Origin: a virus
IMG/VR virus record: IMGVR_UViG_3300008952_002488
Span: 32,001-96,000 of that record
Length of the DNA stretch: 64,000 bases
Reading direction: 5' to 3' (one strand)
Under the pieces are notes generated by a model. The model ran no database searches and had not been told where the DNA came from. It saw nothing but the letters and a program-made list of their open reading frames with translations. The position numbers and the translations under genes were made by a program. Position 1 is the stretch's first letter; each line of letters starts with the position of its first letter. Positions 55,223 through 63,568 of this stretch are shown in pieces.

Positions 55223-56443
55223 ATGAGCTTTGACCTTAAACTGCACGCTTACCGACTGCTCATGGATGAGCCGTTCTTTGCTGCACTCAGCCGCAAGATT
55301 GAGAAGCGTGCCGACTATGGCATCCCAACTGCTGGTGTTCGGGTTGATCCCGACTCTGCTCAGTTTGAGATGATCTACAACCCTGACTTCTTTGCCAGCC
55401 TGCCTGAAGAGCAGGTTCGTGGTGTTCTCAAGCATGAGTTCTACCACTTGATCTTCGAGCATGTCACCAGCCGTAAGCCAGAGGGAGTTCCTCACAAGGC
55501 TTGGAACATTGCTGCTGACCTGGCTATCAACAGCCACCTCCAAGGTGAACTGCCCGAGATGGCATGTATGCCTGGTGTCGGTCCCTTCGAAGATCTTCCA
55601 CTACACAAGACCGCTGAGTGGTACCTTGCCAACCTGCCCAAGAGTGAAGAGGGTGAGGGCGAAGGTGATAGCTCTGAGAGCGGTGAGGGCGATGCTAGCG
55701 GTGAGTCCGGTGGCGAGGGTCAGCCTAGTGCTGGCAACCCTGGCAGCTTTGATGATCACTCCGGTTGGGATGACAACGCTGACAGCCCTGCCCAGCAGGC
55801 AGCCAATCAGATGGCAAAGGAACGCCTCAAGCAAGCCATGAAGGATGCTGCCCAAGAGGCTAGCCAGTCTGCCAAAGGCTGGGGCTCAATGAGCGGGGAA
55901 GTAAAACAAGAAATCTTAAAACGACTGGAGACCAAGGTAGACTGGAAGAAGGTACTGAGGTACTTCATCAAGACCTCCCAGCGTGCCAGCCGCAGGTCCA
56001 GCGTCAAGCGGATCAACAAGCGGTATGCCTACATTCACCCAGGCAAGAAGACCCAGCGGCAGGCAAAGATTGCCATCGCCATTGACCAGTCCGGCTCTGT
56101 CAGCGATGACATGCTGTCACAGTTCTTCGGAGAACTCAACAAGCTAGCCAAGCTGGCAGAGTTCACGGTGGTGCCCTTCGATACGGATGTTGACGAGAGC
56201 AAGGTCTACGTTTGGAAGAAAGGTCAGAGCAAGCCAGCCGAGCGTGTGCTCTGCGGGGGAACCTGCTTCAACGCTCCCACCGATTACGTCAACGCTAACA
56301 GCTTTGATGGTGTCATTATTCTGACGGACATGGAAGCTCCCAAGCCCAAAGCCTGCAAGGCTCAACGGATGTGGATGACGGATGAGCGTGGTGCCAGCCG
56401 TCCCTACTTCAAGACCAACGAGAAGGTAATCCAGATCGATTGA
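55223..56443 (+). CDS. Metallopeptidase-like + VWA domain protein (DUF2201-type)
   Basis: HEFYH, WNIAADLAIN, acidic Gly/Ser linker, MIDAS DQSGS, GGT.F, LTD. Confidence 0.88.
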   Translation: MSFDLKLHAYRLLMDEPFFAALSRKIEKRADYGIPTAGVRVDPDSAQFEMIYNPDFFASLPEEQVRGVLKHEFYHLIFEHVTSRKPEGVPHKAWNIAADLAINSHLQGELPEMACMPGVGPFEDLPLHKTAEWYLANLPKSEEGEGEGDSSESGEGDASGESGGEGQPSAGNPGSFDDHSGWDDNADSPAQQAANQMAKERLKQAMKDAAQEASQSAKGWGSMSGEVKQEILKRLETKVDWKKVLRYFIKTSQRASRRSSVKRINKRYAYIHPGKKTQRQAKIAIAIDQSGSVSDDMLSQFFGELNKLAKLAEFTVVPFDTDVDESKVYVWKKGQSKPAERVLCGGTCFNAPTDYVNANSFDGVIILTDMEAPKPKACKAQRMWMTDERGASRPYFKTNEKVIQID

Positions 56444-56462
56444 TTTTGCGGGAAGCAATTAA

Positions 56463-56521
56463 AAGTATTAAAACAATAGGAGAGAGTCACAACTACAGCC
56501 AGCACCCTGCTTTTAATACTT
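56463..56521. repeat. Perfect 11-bp inverted repeat
   Basis: AAGTATTAAAA (56463-73) / TTTTAATACTT (56511-21); overlaps the -35 of the next promoter. Confidence 0.7.
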
Positions 56522-56548
56522 GACAGCACATGCTAGCTATAGTATACT
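56520..56548 (+). promoter_or_regulatory. Sigma70-type promoter
   Basis: TTGACA-N17-TATACT. Confidence 0.7.
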
Positions 56549-56674
56549 AGTGGTATGCCAGCCCTTGCCTGCCCCCTAATCTATGTCCCTACCCCCTGGG
56601 TGCGGTCTGCCTGCGCTAAGTACATTCGTGACACACACCGAAATTTTTCCAGAATTAAAAACGAAGGATAGAAA

Positions 56675-56854
56675 ATGGAAAATAATAAAATCCTCATCAA
56701 TCGTATCAATGAGACAGACCAAAGTTGGGGATCATTACCTCCACTCATTCTGGCTGCTTATGATGTTCTTCTAGAAGAGGACACCTTTTGGGATCCGGTA
56801 ACACACGGTACCTATCCTCTCCCAGTTTGGTGGCAGTCCTTGGGGAATGCCTAG
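56675..56854 (+). CDS. 59 aa hypothetical protein, not in ORF track
   Basis: MENNKILINRINE.. after AAGGA; stop coupled to the next GTG. Confidence 0.6.
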   Translation: MENNKILINRINETDQSWGSLPPLILAAYDVLLEEDTFWDPVTHGTYPLPVWWQSLGNA

Positions 56855-57078
56855 TGAAGGCTGGAGATTTGGTAGAAGTAAAAAAGAATGCATCTATTAT
56901 ATCTCTAAGAGGATCTGTTGGCATCATTGTCCAATACCTCGGGAAAGCTCTAACAGGAGATCCAGACGTTCTAGAACATGGCTGCTCTTATTATGAAGTT
57001 AACATAGCTGCCAGCGGCAATCAAATCTTAAAAGAAACAGAACTCAACCTAATACCAAGGGAAGAAAGAAAAAAATGA
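56854..57078 (+). CDS. SH3/KOW-like mini-protein
   Basis: KAGDLVEV..VGIIV..YEVNI..LNLI. Confidence 0.65.
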   Translation: MKAGDLVEVKKNASIISLRGSVGIIVQYLGKALTGDPDVLEHGCSYYEVNIAASGNQILKETELNLIPREERKK

Positions 57079-57278
57079 AAGTTGGAGACTTAGTAGAGTT
57101 TTCCTATGGAAGAGTAGGAGGACAGATTGGCGGCATTGGAGTGCTCGCAGAAATGGGCTACCATGGCAGGCATAGAGTTTTGTTCATGGGGAAAGCTTAT
57201 TGGGTGCCAGATGCCTGCATTACTAAACTTGTCATAAAAAGGAGTGAAGATAAAAATGACAAACACAAACTCAACTAA
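57075..57278 (+). CDS. SH3/KOW-like mini-protein
   Basis: [18 protein letters not shown]. Confidence 0.7.
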   Translation: MKVGDLVEFSYGRVGGQIGGIGVLAEMGYHGRHRVLFMGKAYWVPDACITKLVIKRSEDKNDKHKLN

Positions 57279-57450
57279 CAACACAGAGCTATATACTAGC
57301 ATCATGAAATACGAGCAAGGAGAGTTGGACAAGAAGCAAACCATTAAACTCTTCCAAGAGCTAGTTGACAGCGGGCTTGCATGGAACTTACAAGGGCACT
57401 ATGGGCGCACAGCTTACGATATGATCCAAGAAGGACTAATAAAGGCATGA
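57256..57450 (+). CDS. Conserved small phage protein
   Basis: [31 protein letters not shown] motif. Confidence 0.7.
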   Translation: MTNTNSTNNTELYTSIMKYEQGELDKKQTIKLFQELVDSGLAWNLQGHYGRTAYDMIQEGLIKA

Positions 57451-57499
57451 GCAGTGAAATTGCGGGAAAACATTTAAGCGGCGCATGGGGAACCGTTCG

Positions 57500-57709
57500 G
57501 TGAAGGTTGGGGATATTGTCCAGCGCCGTAGGCATGGGGGATCTTTCCAGCATCCTCGTGCAAGTGACCGCAAGCAGGAGATCGGTCTCGTTGTTGAGGT
57601 TCTAGCCGAGCAAGGCAGTGTTCCTCAGCTTCGAGTGCAGTTCCCCAGCAATCCCGATAAACCCTTATGGTTTTTTAGCCATCAGGTTCGGAAGGTTTCG
57701 AATGATTAA
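57500..57709 (+). CDS. SH3/KOW-like mini-protein
   Basis: KVGDIV..IGLVVEV..RVQF..VRKVS. Confidence 0.65.
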   Translation: MKVGDIVQRRRHGGSFQHPRASDRKQEIGLVVEVLAEQGSVPQLRVQFPSNPDKPLWFFSHQVRKVSND

Positions 57710-57768
57710 TATATTGGCATACTCTTTCGCCGTAAGGGCGTGCTTTGCCAGCCAAGAAGGGATATACT

Positions 57769-57990
57769 TTGAGCAGAGACTTTAAGGTTGGCGATCTTGT
57801 TCGGGTTAGGAAGGGTTCGGAAGTCTTCCGTGATCTGCCTGCTACTGCCGGCTTAGTACTGGTCACGAACGAGTTGCCAACTAGTCCCCGATTCTTTTAT
57901 GGCGTTGTCTGCTCTACTGGCGAGGAACACCTTTGGAGCTATGATCAGTTCTTGTTAGTTTCCAAAGCTAATGGTGATAAAAATTTCTAG
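57769..57990 (+). CDS. SH3/KOW-like mini-protein
   Basis: FKVGDLVRV..AGLVL..LLVS; start uncertain. Confidence 0.6.
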   Translation: MSRDFKVGDLVRVRKGSEVFRDLPATAGLVLVTNELPTSPRFFYGVVCSTGEEHLWSYDQFLLVSKANGDKNF

Positions 57991-58010
57991 AAAAAAATTT
58001 GGAAGGACTT

Positions 58011-58151
58011 ATGTTGTTATTTGCTGAAATTCTAGTTAACGTTTTACTTGTGTGCGTGTTATCATTTGGGTGTGCTGCCATTGTCGCTTCGGCGTTCTTT
58101 GGGGTGCCCGCAAATGAGAAGAGAAAAGAGAAGCTAGATGAACCTGATTGA
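58011..58151 (+). CDS. 46 aa TM peptide, not in ORF track
   Basis: MLLFAEILVNVLLVCVLSFG.. after GGAAGGA. Confidence 0.5.
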   Translation: MLLFAEILVNVLLVCVLSFGCAAIVASAFFGVPANEKRKEKLDEPD

Positions 58152-58443
58152 AGATAAGGGTCCCGTAACTTTGGGGCACTTGGTTAGAATATCAAGTAAC
58201 GTTAATGAATTCTATCCTGATCTTGTCGGCAAGATGGGTGTTGTATTAAATGTTGATAAATGCATTGGTGATTATTCTGACCAATGCCGAGAGTACACAA
58301 TCCTTTTTGACAAAAAACAAGTAAAAATAAAAAACTTCCACCGAGATAGCACTATCCCTATCGATGGCGGGAACATCAATGAGACGGTTTTTACCGATGA
58401 AGAGATGTTCACAATTCTTTGGCACGAAGAGAAAGAAGAGTAA
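58138..58443 (+). CDS. SH3-like protein
   Basis: LGHLVRI..MGVVL..YTILF. Confidence 0.6.
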   Translation: MNLIEDKGPVTLGHLVRISSNVNEFYPDLVGKMGVVLNVDKCIGDYSDQCREYTILFDKKQVKIKNFHRDSTIPIDGGNINETVFTDEEMFTILWHEEKEE

Positions 58444-58790
58444 TGTTATATAAGTCATTGATTTTACTAGTATTTGCAAATATGTTTAATCAAGCCTATA
58501 AAGTTGAGCAAATCCAATGCCCTAAATGGGTGCCTGGAACAAATCAAGTTCTACCTCAAGGCGTAAGTCTATCACCTGAATTGGAATTAAAAAATCGAGT
58601 GCGATGCTATTGTGAGGTTGTGAAGGCAAAGGAGGCGCAGTGTCTCGCTCGCCATGTGCCGGCAACCATCTGTAAAGCCCGCACCGCTCGGTGGGTTGAG
58701 GACAACTTAAAACTCAAGGAAAGCTTCCAACTCGTTAATGGAGTATCTTCTCCGCCTAGACGAGACAGGATGATGAATGTCGAGCCGTAG
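58443..58790 (+). CDS. Cys-containing exported-like protein
   Basis: Hydrophobic N-terminus MLYKSLILLVFA; five Cys. Confidence 0.55.
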   Translation: MLYKSLILLVFANMFNQAYKVEQIQCPKWVPGTNQVLPQGVSLSPELELKNRVRCYCEVVKAKEAQCLARHVPATICKARTARWVEDNLKLKESFQLVNGVSSPPRRDRMMNVEP

Positions 58791-59181
58791 AGGCGTTACT
58801 CTTATTATAGTTCTTGTTATGTCTGTGTTCATTGGTATGAGTGCAATGTTATTATTTTCTACCGTCAATATGGAAATGATGATTGCCGGCAATACACGGC
58901 GTATCAACCAAGCAAAAATTTCGGCGGCGAGCGGGCTCGCTCACTTCACTGCCCTCAACCTTACTTACGACACACTTAGAGACCGAGCTTCTGGTCTGCA
59001 AACTTTGCAGATCTTGCCCGACACCCAACTATCGACTAGGACACATTACGAGGTAAAGGTTCATTTTTATCCCCGCCTAAGTGAGCGGCAATATGTGGTC
59101 GAAAGCATCGGCTATTATACCAAGGGCAACAAGGTTCTTGCCTTGCATCCAATAAAAGCTCTCTTTGATGGCGGTCAATAA
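58777..59181 (+). CDS. PilX-like minor type IV pilin
   Basis: RRG-VTLIIVLVM prepilin-type N-terminus without Glu5; EMMIAGN.R...QA...A.SGL; YVVESIG. Confidence 0.8.
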   Translation: MSSRRGVTLIIVLVMSVFIGMSAMLLFSTVNMEMMIAGNTRRINQAKISAASGLAHFTALNLTYDTLRDRASGLQTLQILPDTQLSTRTHYEVKVHFYPRLSERQYVVESIGYYTKGNKVLALHPIKALFDGGQ

Positions 59182-59191
59182 AAAAACAAAA

Positions 59192-59199
59192 CTATTTAT
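59192..59199 (+). promoter_or_regulatory. Candidate late promoter CTATTTAT
   Basis: Heads the 59.2-63.5 kb leader-bearing gene cluster. Confidence 0.55.
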
Positions 59200-59221
59200 C
59201 TATACCTACGGAGGTTTTAAA

Positions 59222-59353
59222 ATGATTACTAAAACTAAGCTCTGGAAGACAATAAGAGATGCATTGCGAGAAAATGCACGTTCTCAATCAATAACCGAAA
59301 AGGTTATGCAAAAGATTAAAGAGCAGGAAAAAGAAGAAAGTGAATCTAAGTGA
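59222..59353 (+). CDS. 43 aa leader-like peptide
   Basis: MITKTKLWKTIRDALRE; SD GGAGG. Confidence 0.55.
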   Translation: MITKTKLWKTIRDALRENARSQSITEKVMQKIKEQEKEESESK

Positions 59354-59534
59354 GCTTAGAGACTTCATCAAGGAAGTTATAAAAGAAGCAGCCGAAGAAG
59401 GTAAGATGCAAAAAATTTATCGTCGTTCTTTTAAGGACATGATAAAGAAAACAAAATCTGGTAAAAATCCAAACACTGCCCCATTTACCGAAGAAGCTTC
59501 CGATGGCGGTGAATCAGGTCCGCCAAAACAATGA
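59340..59534 (+). CDS. Small leader-bearing protein
   Basis: LRDFIKEVIKE. Confidence 0.55.
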   Translation: MNLSELRDFIKEVIKEAAEEGKMQKIYRRSFKDMIKKTKSGKNPNTAPFTEEASDGGESGPPKQ

Positions 59535-60361
59535 AAAAACTAATGGACCGATGGCGAGTGTTCATCAATGAAGAAGTACTTAAAAAGATTTATGTTCACG
59601 GATATGTGAAGCCGGAAAAGGCTTTCCGTACACTTGTCGAGTGGGAAGCCTTTGTTAATACAATCCTAAAGTTCCAAAAAGACGGTCATTATATTAGCCA
59701 TAGTCATGGAGAGCTTGTGGGACCCGAAGAGTTAGTATCTCTTATAAAAGATTTTTATGGTTTCCAATTAAATGTTGATGTAGAGAGGTACGAACTCTTA
59801 ACAAGTAAAAATGTCCTTGATCATATTGAGGATTTTGTTAACCATAGGTTCTGGGGTTTAGAACAAGAGTTTAAAATATATTTTGATGACATCAGCGAAC
59901 TTCGATTTGCCTACTTTTATTCTCGTGGAGATCTCGAACCATACGTCTTGGTAGATGATGCTTTCACTGAGCAAGTATATGGATCAACCAACAATCCAAA
60001 AATATTATATCATTACACACACGAGGAAGGGGTCGAAAGAATCCAGAGAGCAATTGATGGCGGTGACCCTTTCGACATTTCTGCCTATACAGTAGCGCAG
60101 CGTGATTTCTTTCGCAAAAAATCAAATAAGATAATGAAGTTCGAAGGAAACGTTCGTGCCGGTTTTCGCAGTGATGTAAAATCTTATTCTGTTAGTAGTG
60201 GAAGAAAGTGCGTCAATCTTCATCGCATGGGATACCCAGGAAAAGATAAAAATAATCTCTGCACCAATCTGGAAGACGATTGCAATGGTGAACTGAGAAC
60301 ATCTTTGTGGAACGAGTTCATAGCCACACCAGTCAAAATCTTAAAGGTCTTCGATAAATGA
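59531..60361 (+). CDS. Leader-bearing protein with ART-like C-terminal domain
   Basis: MKKLMDRWRVFINEE; LYHYT, ISAYT, WNEFI. Confidence 0.5.
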   Translation: MKKLMDRWRVFINEEVLKKIYVHGYVKPEKAFRTLVEWEAFVNTILKFQKDGHYISHSHGELVGPEELVSLIKDFYGFQLNVDVERYELLTSKNVLDHIEDFVNHRFWGLEQEFKIYFDDISELRFAYFYSRGDLEPYVLVDDAFTEQVYGSTNNPKILYHYTHEEGVERIQRAIDGGDPFDISAYTVAQRDFFRKKSNKIMKFEGNVRAGFRSDVKSYSVSSGRKCVNLHRMGYPGKDKNNLCTNLEDDCNGELRTSLWNEFIATPVKILKVFDK

Positions 60362-60807
60362 AACATCTAATGAGGGAGTGGAGAAAATTCCTCTCGGAGG
60401 GAGAAGTAAAGTACAGAGGCATTCTGATGATTAAACCAGACCCTGCAATAATTGCACAAGTGCAAGAGATGCAAGACACACTCCCAGAATATGGGGTCCC
60501 CTTAGAAGAAAAAGATCTCCATGTTACCTTGATTCATCAAAGTATCTTAAAGCCGTTTAAGAAGCAACTAAAAGAAATAGACTTCCCGCCCCCGCCTTCT
60601 ATAGAGATAGAACCCAGAGTTTTCCAGAGAAAATCTCCCGGCAAAGAATCATGGGCTACTAGGCTTTTAAATCAGGACGAGATGAGAGATTATGTAAGGC
60701 AGGTCATGGAGCTTCTCGGCAGCCAGAATACAGACCCAGAACCCGAACGAGTCTTTCACATAACGATTGGAAATCTCACAGGCAATCCGCACGACTCCGT
60801 AAGATGA
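60358..60807 (+). CDS. 2H phosphoesterase with leader
   Basis: MKHLMREWRKFLSE; two HxT motifs, LHVTL and FHITI. Confidence 0.75.
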   Translation: MKHLMREWRKFLSEGEVKYRGILMIKPDPAIIAQVQEMQDTLPEYGVPLEEKDLHVTLIHQSILKPFKKQLKEIDFPPPPSIEIEPRVFQRKSPGKESWATRLLNQDEMRDYVRQVMELLGSQNTDPEPERVFHITIGNLTGNPHDSVR

Positions 60808-61517
60808 TAGAAATCCTCAGAGAATTAATAATGGAAGAGATCGTCAGAGGCAGAGCCCTTGATCGCTATGCTACCATGGCTAGCAGGGAAACCATAAACG
60901 CCATCAAAGACGAATCGGTCAGAGAAGCTTTTAACACTAACGGCAGAGTTGACTTCGCACTGGACGTTCCCGAGATTACAGATGACATAGACTACTTGAG
61001 AACGATTATCATTAAGATGAGAGAAGGTGAATATGTTTCTAGTGATGGCTCTTATGAGTTTGATTTAGATGCTGATGATGAGCAGCGTAAGACTTCCGAC
61101 ATTTATGTAAACATTACTTTACCTCCTCGGTATGATGAAGATTATTCTTTTATGTCCCGCTTGGTTGCGGAGTTAAAGGAGACCTTCCGCCACGAGTTGG
61201 AGCACAGTTCCCAGAGCACCGAAGAGTTGATGGCTGTACAGCGAGCAGTACCCGACCGAGAGGTGTGGAAAGACTTGGAGACAGCGGAGGAATATTACCT
61301 TTCGGATGCTGAGGTGAAGGCTCATGTGGCTGGCATCTATAAAAAGGCAAAGAGTTTCCGAAAGCCCGCTACAAATGTGTTGGAGCGAGTTCTCAATATT
61401 ATCTACAATACAGGATTGTACTACGAGCACGACCCTGCAAAACTTGCAGAGTTGATGGAGAAGGTGCAAACACGCTGGGCGAACTATTTATTTGATAGAT
61501 ACCCGAGGGCTCAATAA
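60804..61517 (+). CDS. Zincin metalloprotease-like protein with leader
   Basis: ILRELIMEE; RHELEH..Q; YY...EVKAH. Confidence 0.7.
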   Translation: MIEILRELIMEEIVRGRALDRYATMASRETINAIKDESVREAFNTNGRVDFALDVPEITDDIDYLRTIIIKMREGEYVSSDGSYEFDLDADDEQRKTSDIYVNITLPPRYDEDYSFMSRLVAELKETFRHELEHSSQSTEELMAVQRAVPDREVWKDLETAEEYYLSDAEVKAHVAGIYKKAKSFRKPATNVLERVLNIIYNTGLYYEHDPAKLAELMEKVQTRWANYLFDRYPRAQ

Positions 61518-62113
61518 TGAAACACAAACTTATAATGGAAAACTGGCGACTCTATGAGCAGCGGCTTTTATGGGAACAGGAGTTTGATGAATTTTTTAAT
61601 AAACACTTTGTTGTTCTTGAGGAAGGGTTTATAGATTGGGCCGTCTCTAAAGGTAGAGATGCCAAACAGGCAGTCATGGGCGTTATTAACGACATGAAAG
61701 ATTGGACGGCGGAAAAAATTAAAGAATTTGTTCAGTTTATGGGCAAGAAAATGCAAGCCTTCCTTCAAGGTCTGAGAGATAAAGGACTCCTTGGAAAATG
61801 GCAATCTAGGAAAGAACAAAGCGCACTGAGATTGCTGATGACAAACAAACACTTCGATCTCGCAGTCATGATTTTTACCACAATTGCAAAAATGACAGGG
61901 GGTTTTATTGTTGACAAAGTAGCAAAAATGCCAGAGTTAATACAGAGTGTTCTTAAATTGCTGGATAACCCAGTGGTTGCGTTGAAAGAGTTGTTCGGCG
62001 ATATTTCAGATATTAAGACATTGATTCAGAAATTTATGGCATATAGAGAAGATAGGAAAACTTTAAATGTAGCACAAATGGGAGACTGGTCAGATTTTGG
62101 AGGTCTTGTATAA
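61517..62113 (+). CDS. Leader-bearing amphipathic/membrane protein
   Basis: MKHKLIMENWRLYE; LEEG..DW segment similar to the 35125 protein. Confidence 0.6.
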   Translation: MKHKLIMENWRLYEQRLLWEQEFDEFFNKHFVVLEEGFIDWAVSKGRDAKQAVMGVINDMKDWTAEKIKEFVQFMGKKMQAFLQGLRDKGLLGKWQSRKEQSALRLLMTNKHFDLAVMIFTTIAKMTGGFIVDKVAKMPELIQSVLKLLDNPVVALKELFGDISDIKTLIQKFMAYREDRKTLNVAQMGDWSDFGGLV

Positions 62114-62116
62114 ACC

Positions 62117-63247
62117 ATGAAACTCCTGATGGAAAACTGGCGCAAGTTCCTGAAGGAAGGCATCACCGATGTTGTCTATCATTATACTGCCGGTGTTGAA
62201 AAAGCAGCCAAGATACTTGAAGAGAATAGGTTCATGGCGTCAGGTGGATTTACCAAAGAGGTGGAGGCTGAGTTAGGTAAGGGTAAGCTTTATTATTTTT
62301 CCACCGCAAGAACACCAGCAAATGCTTACACCGGCAACTATCCACAAGGGGCTATTTTCAAATTGGATGGCCGGGCTTTGTCCCAAAAATATAAAGGAGT
62401 CCCTGTTGATTATTGGGCTGATCCAAAACGGGGCAGGTCATCTAAGAAAGCAGCCAATGTTGATGAGCCGGGGTCTATAGAAGGTTTTGAGGCAGAAGAT
62501 AGAATCCTTCTAGACGAACCCTATATTGATGATGCCGACACCTACATTGATGAGATACATTTTGCTATTCCGATTTATAAAAAGGAAAAGGATATGTTCT
62601 CAGGTAAAATAGAACGACGGGCCCGAAGTAGTATTGCCTGGTGGCAATTGGACGGATTACAACGAGGCGTGGCTGTGGCGGAACAAAGAAATATTCCTTA
62701 TTATATTCACATAGACCAAAGCACATATCCGCACGTTGAAGTTGGAAAGCGAAAAGCCATCACCAGTTTGTCTGACTTTTTGGTAGAACTAGAGAAGTCT
62801 GGTGTAAAAGTTGGTGAGCCGCCAGAGCCACTCGGTGCCGATTCTATGGCCGCTCGGAAAAAGAGGGGAGAAAGAAAAGAGTTCGGCGAAGATGAAATCT
62901 TTTTGTTTGTCCAAGCAGCCCAAGACATTCTTGCTGGGAAAGAGCAGTTTGAAGGAGCCAGCGTACAAGGTAAAGTTGGCTATAGAGAAGAAAGCGACCG
63001 CAAGGATTTAGGTAAGGTAATGTTCCGAAATCTTGCTGGTCAGCCAGATGGAGCGGGTCGTTTTTATAGGGATATTGATAACTCCCTTCATAACGCCGGC
63101 AAAAACCCCGAAGCCCGAAAAACTGTTGAGATGCTCGCCTCACTTATGCGGAGCACAAGGAAAACGACGATAAAAGATTTTGAAACCTATATAAATCAGG
63201 TCTATAAGCAGAACCATCCAGACGGAGACCCAACCGGGTATAGATAA
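62117..63247 (+). CDS. Leader-bearing ADP-ribosyltransferase-like protein
   Basis: MKLLMENWRKFLKE-G; VYHYT, YFSTAR, IFKLDG, EAEDRI (ExE). Confidence 0.55.
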   Translation: MKLLMENWRKFLKEGITDVVYHYTAGVEKAAKILEENRFMASGGFTKEVEAELGKGKLYYFSTARTPANAYTGNYPQGAIFKLDGRALSQKYKGVPVDYWADPKRGRSSKKAANVDEPGSIEGFEAEDRILLDEPYIDDADTYIDEIHFAIPIYKKEKDMFSGKIERRARSSIAWWQLDGLQRGVAVAEQRNIPYYIHIDQSTYPHVEVGKRKAITSLSDFLVELEKSGVKVGEPPEPLGADSMAARKKRGERKEFGEDEIFLFVQAAQDILAGKEQFEGASVQGKVGYREESDRKDLGKVMFRNLAGQPDGAGRFYRDIDNSLHNAGKNPEARKTVEMLASLMRSTRKTTIKDFETYINQVYKQNHPDGDPTGYR

Positions 63248-63249
63248 CA

Positions 63250-63540
63250 ATGAAAATTACAAAAGCCTTATTGAGAACGATTATCAAAGAAGAACTCCAA
63301 GAAGCCTTCGGGCTAGAGAAGGATTTTCAGCCTGGTGCTTCTGTACACTGGAATGTGTTAGCAAAAGTGATTAAGACCACAGCAAGCGGTCGAGAGAAAG
63401 TTGATTACGAAAGAATGATGATGACTGGAGAAGTTGTTGAGCTTATTACAAGCCCTGGTGCAGCATTGGGCGTTGCTATTGTTCGAGATCCCGACGGCAA
63501 CACACACGAGATAGAACTTTCAGAACTCACATTAGCCTAA
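63250..63540 (+). CDS. Leader-bearing SH3-like protein
   Basis: MKITKALLRTIIKEELQE; FQPGASV..GEVV..LTL. Confidence 0.6.
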   Translation: MKITKALLRTIIKEELQEAFGLEKDFQPGASVHWNVLAKVIKTTASGREKVDYERMMMTGEVVELITSPGAALGVAIVRDPDGNTHEIELSELTLA

Positions 63541-63568
63541 CTTTTTAGTAGAAACTACTTATATTAAG

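Noticed and set aside
56583-56774. 63 aa ORF MSLPPGCG
   Set aside because: No SD, and it overlaps the better-supported ORF at 56675.
58451-58463. Perfect IHF consensus match
   Set aside because: Single hit inside a coding region, explained by the codons for YKSLI.
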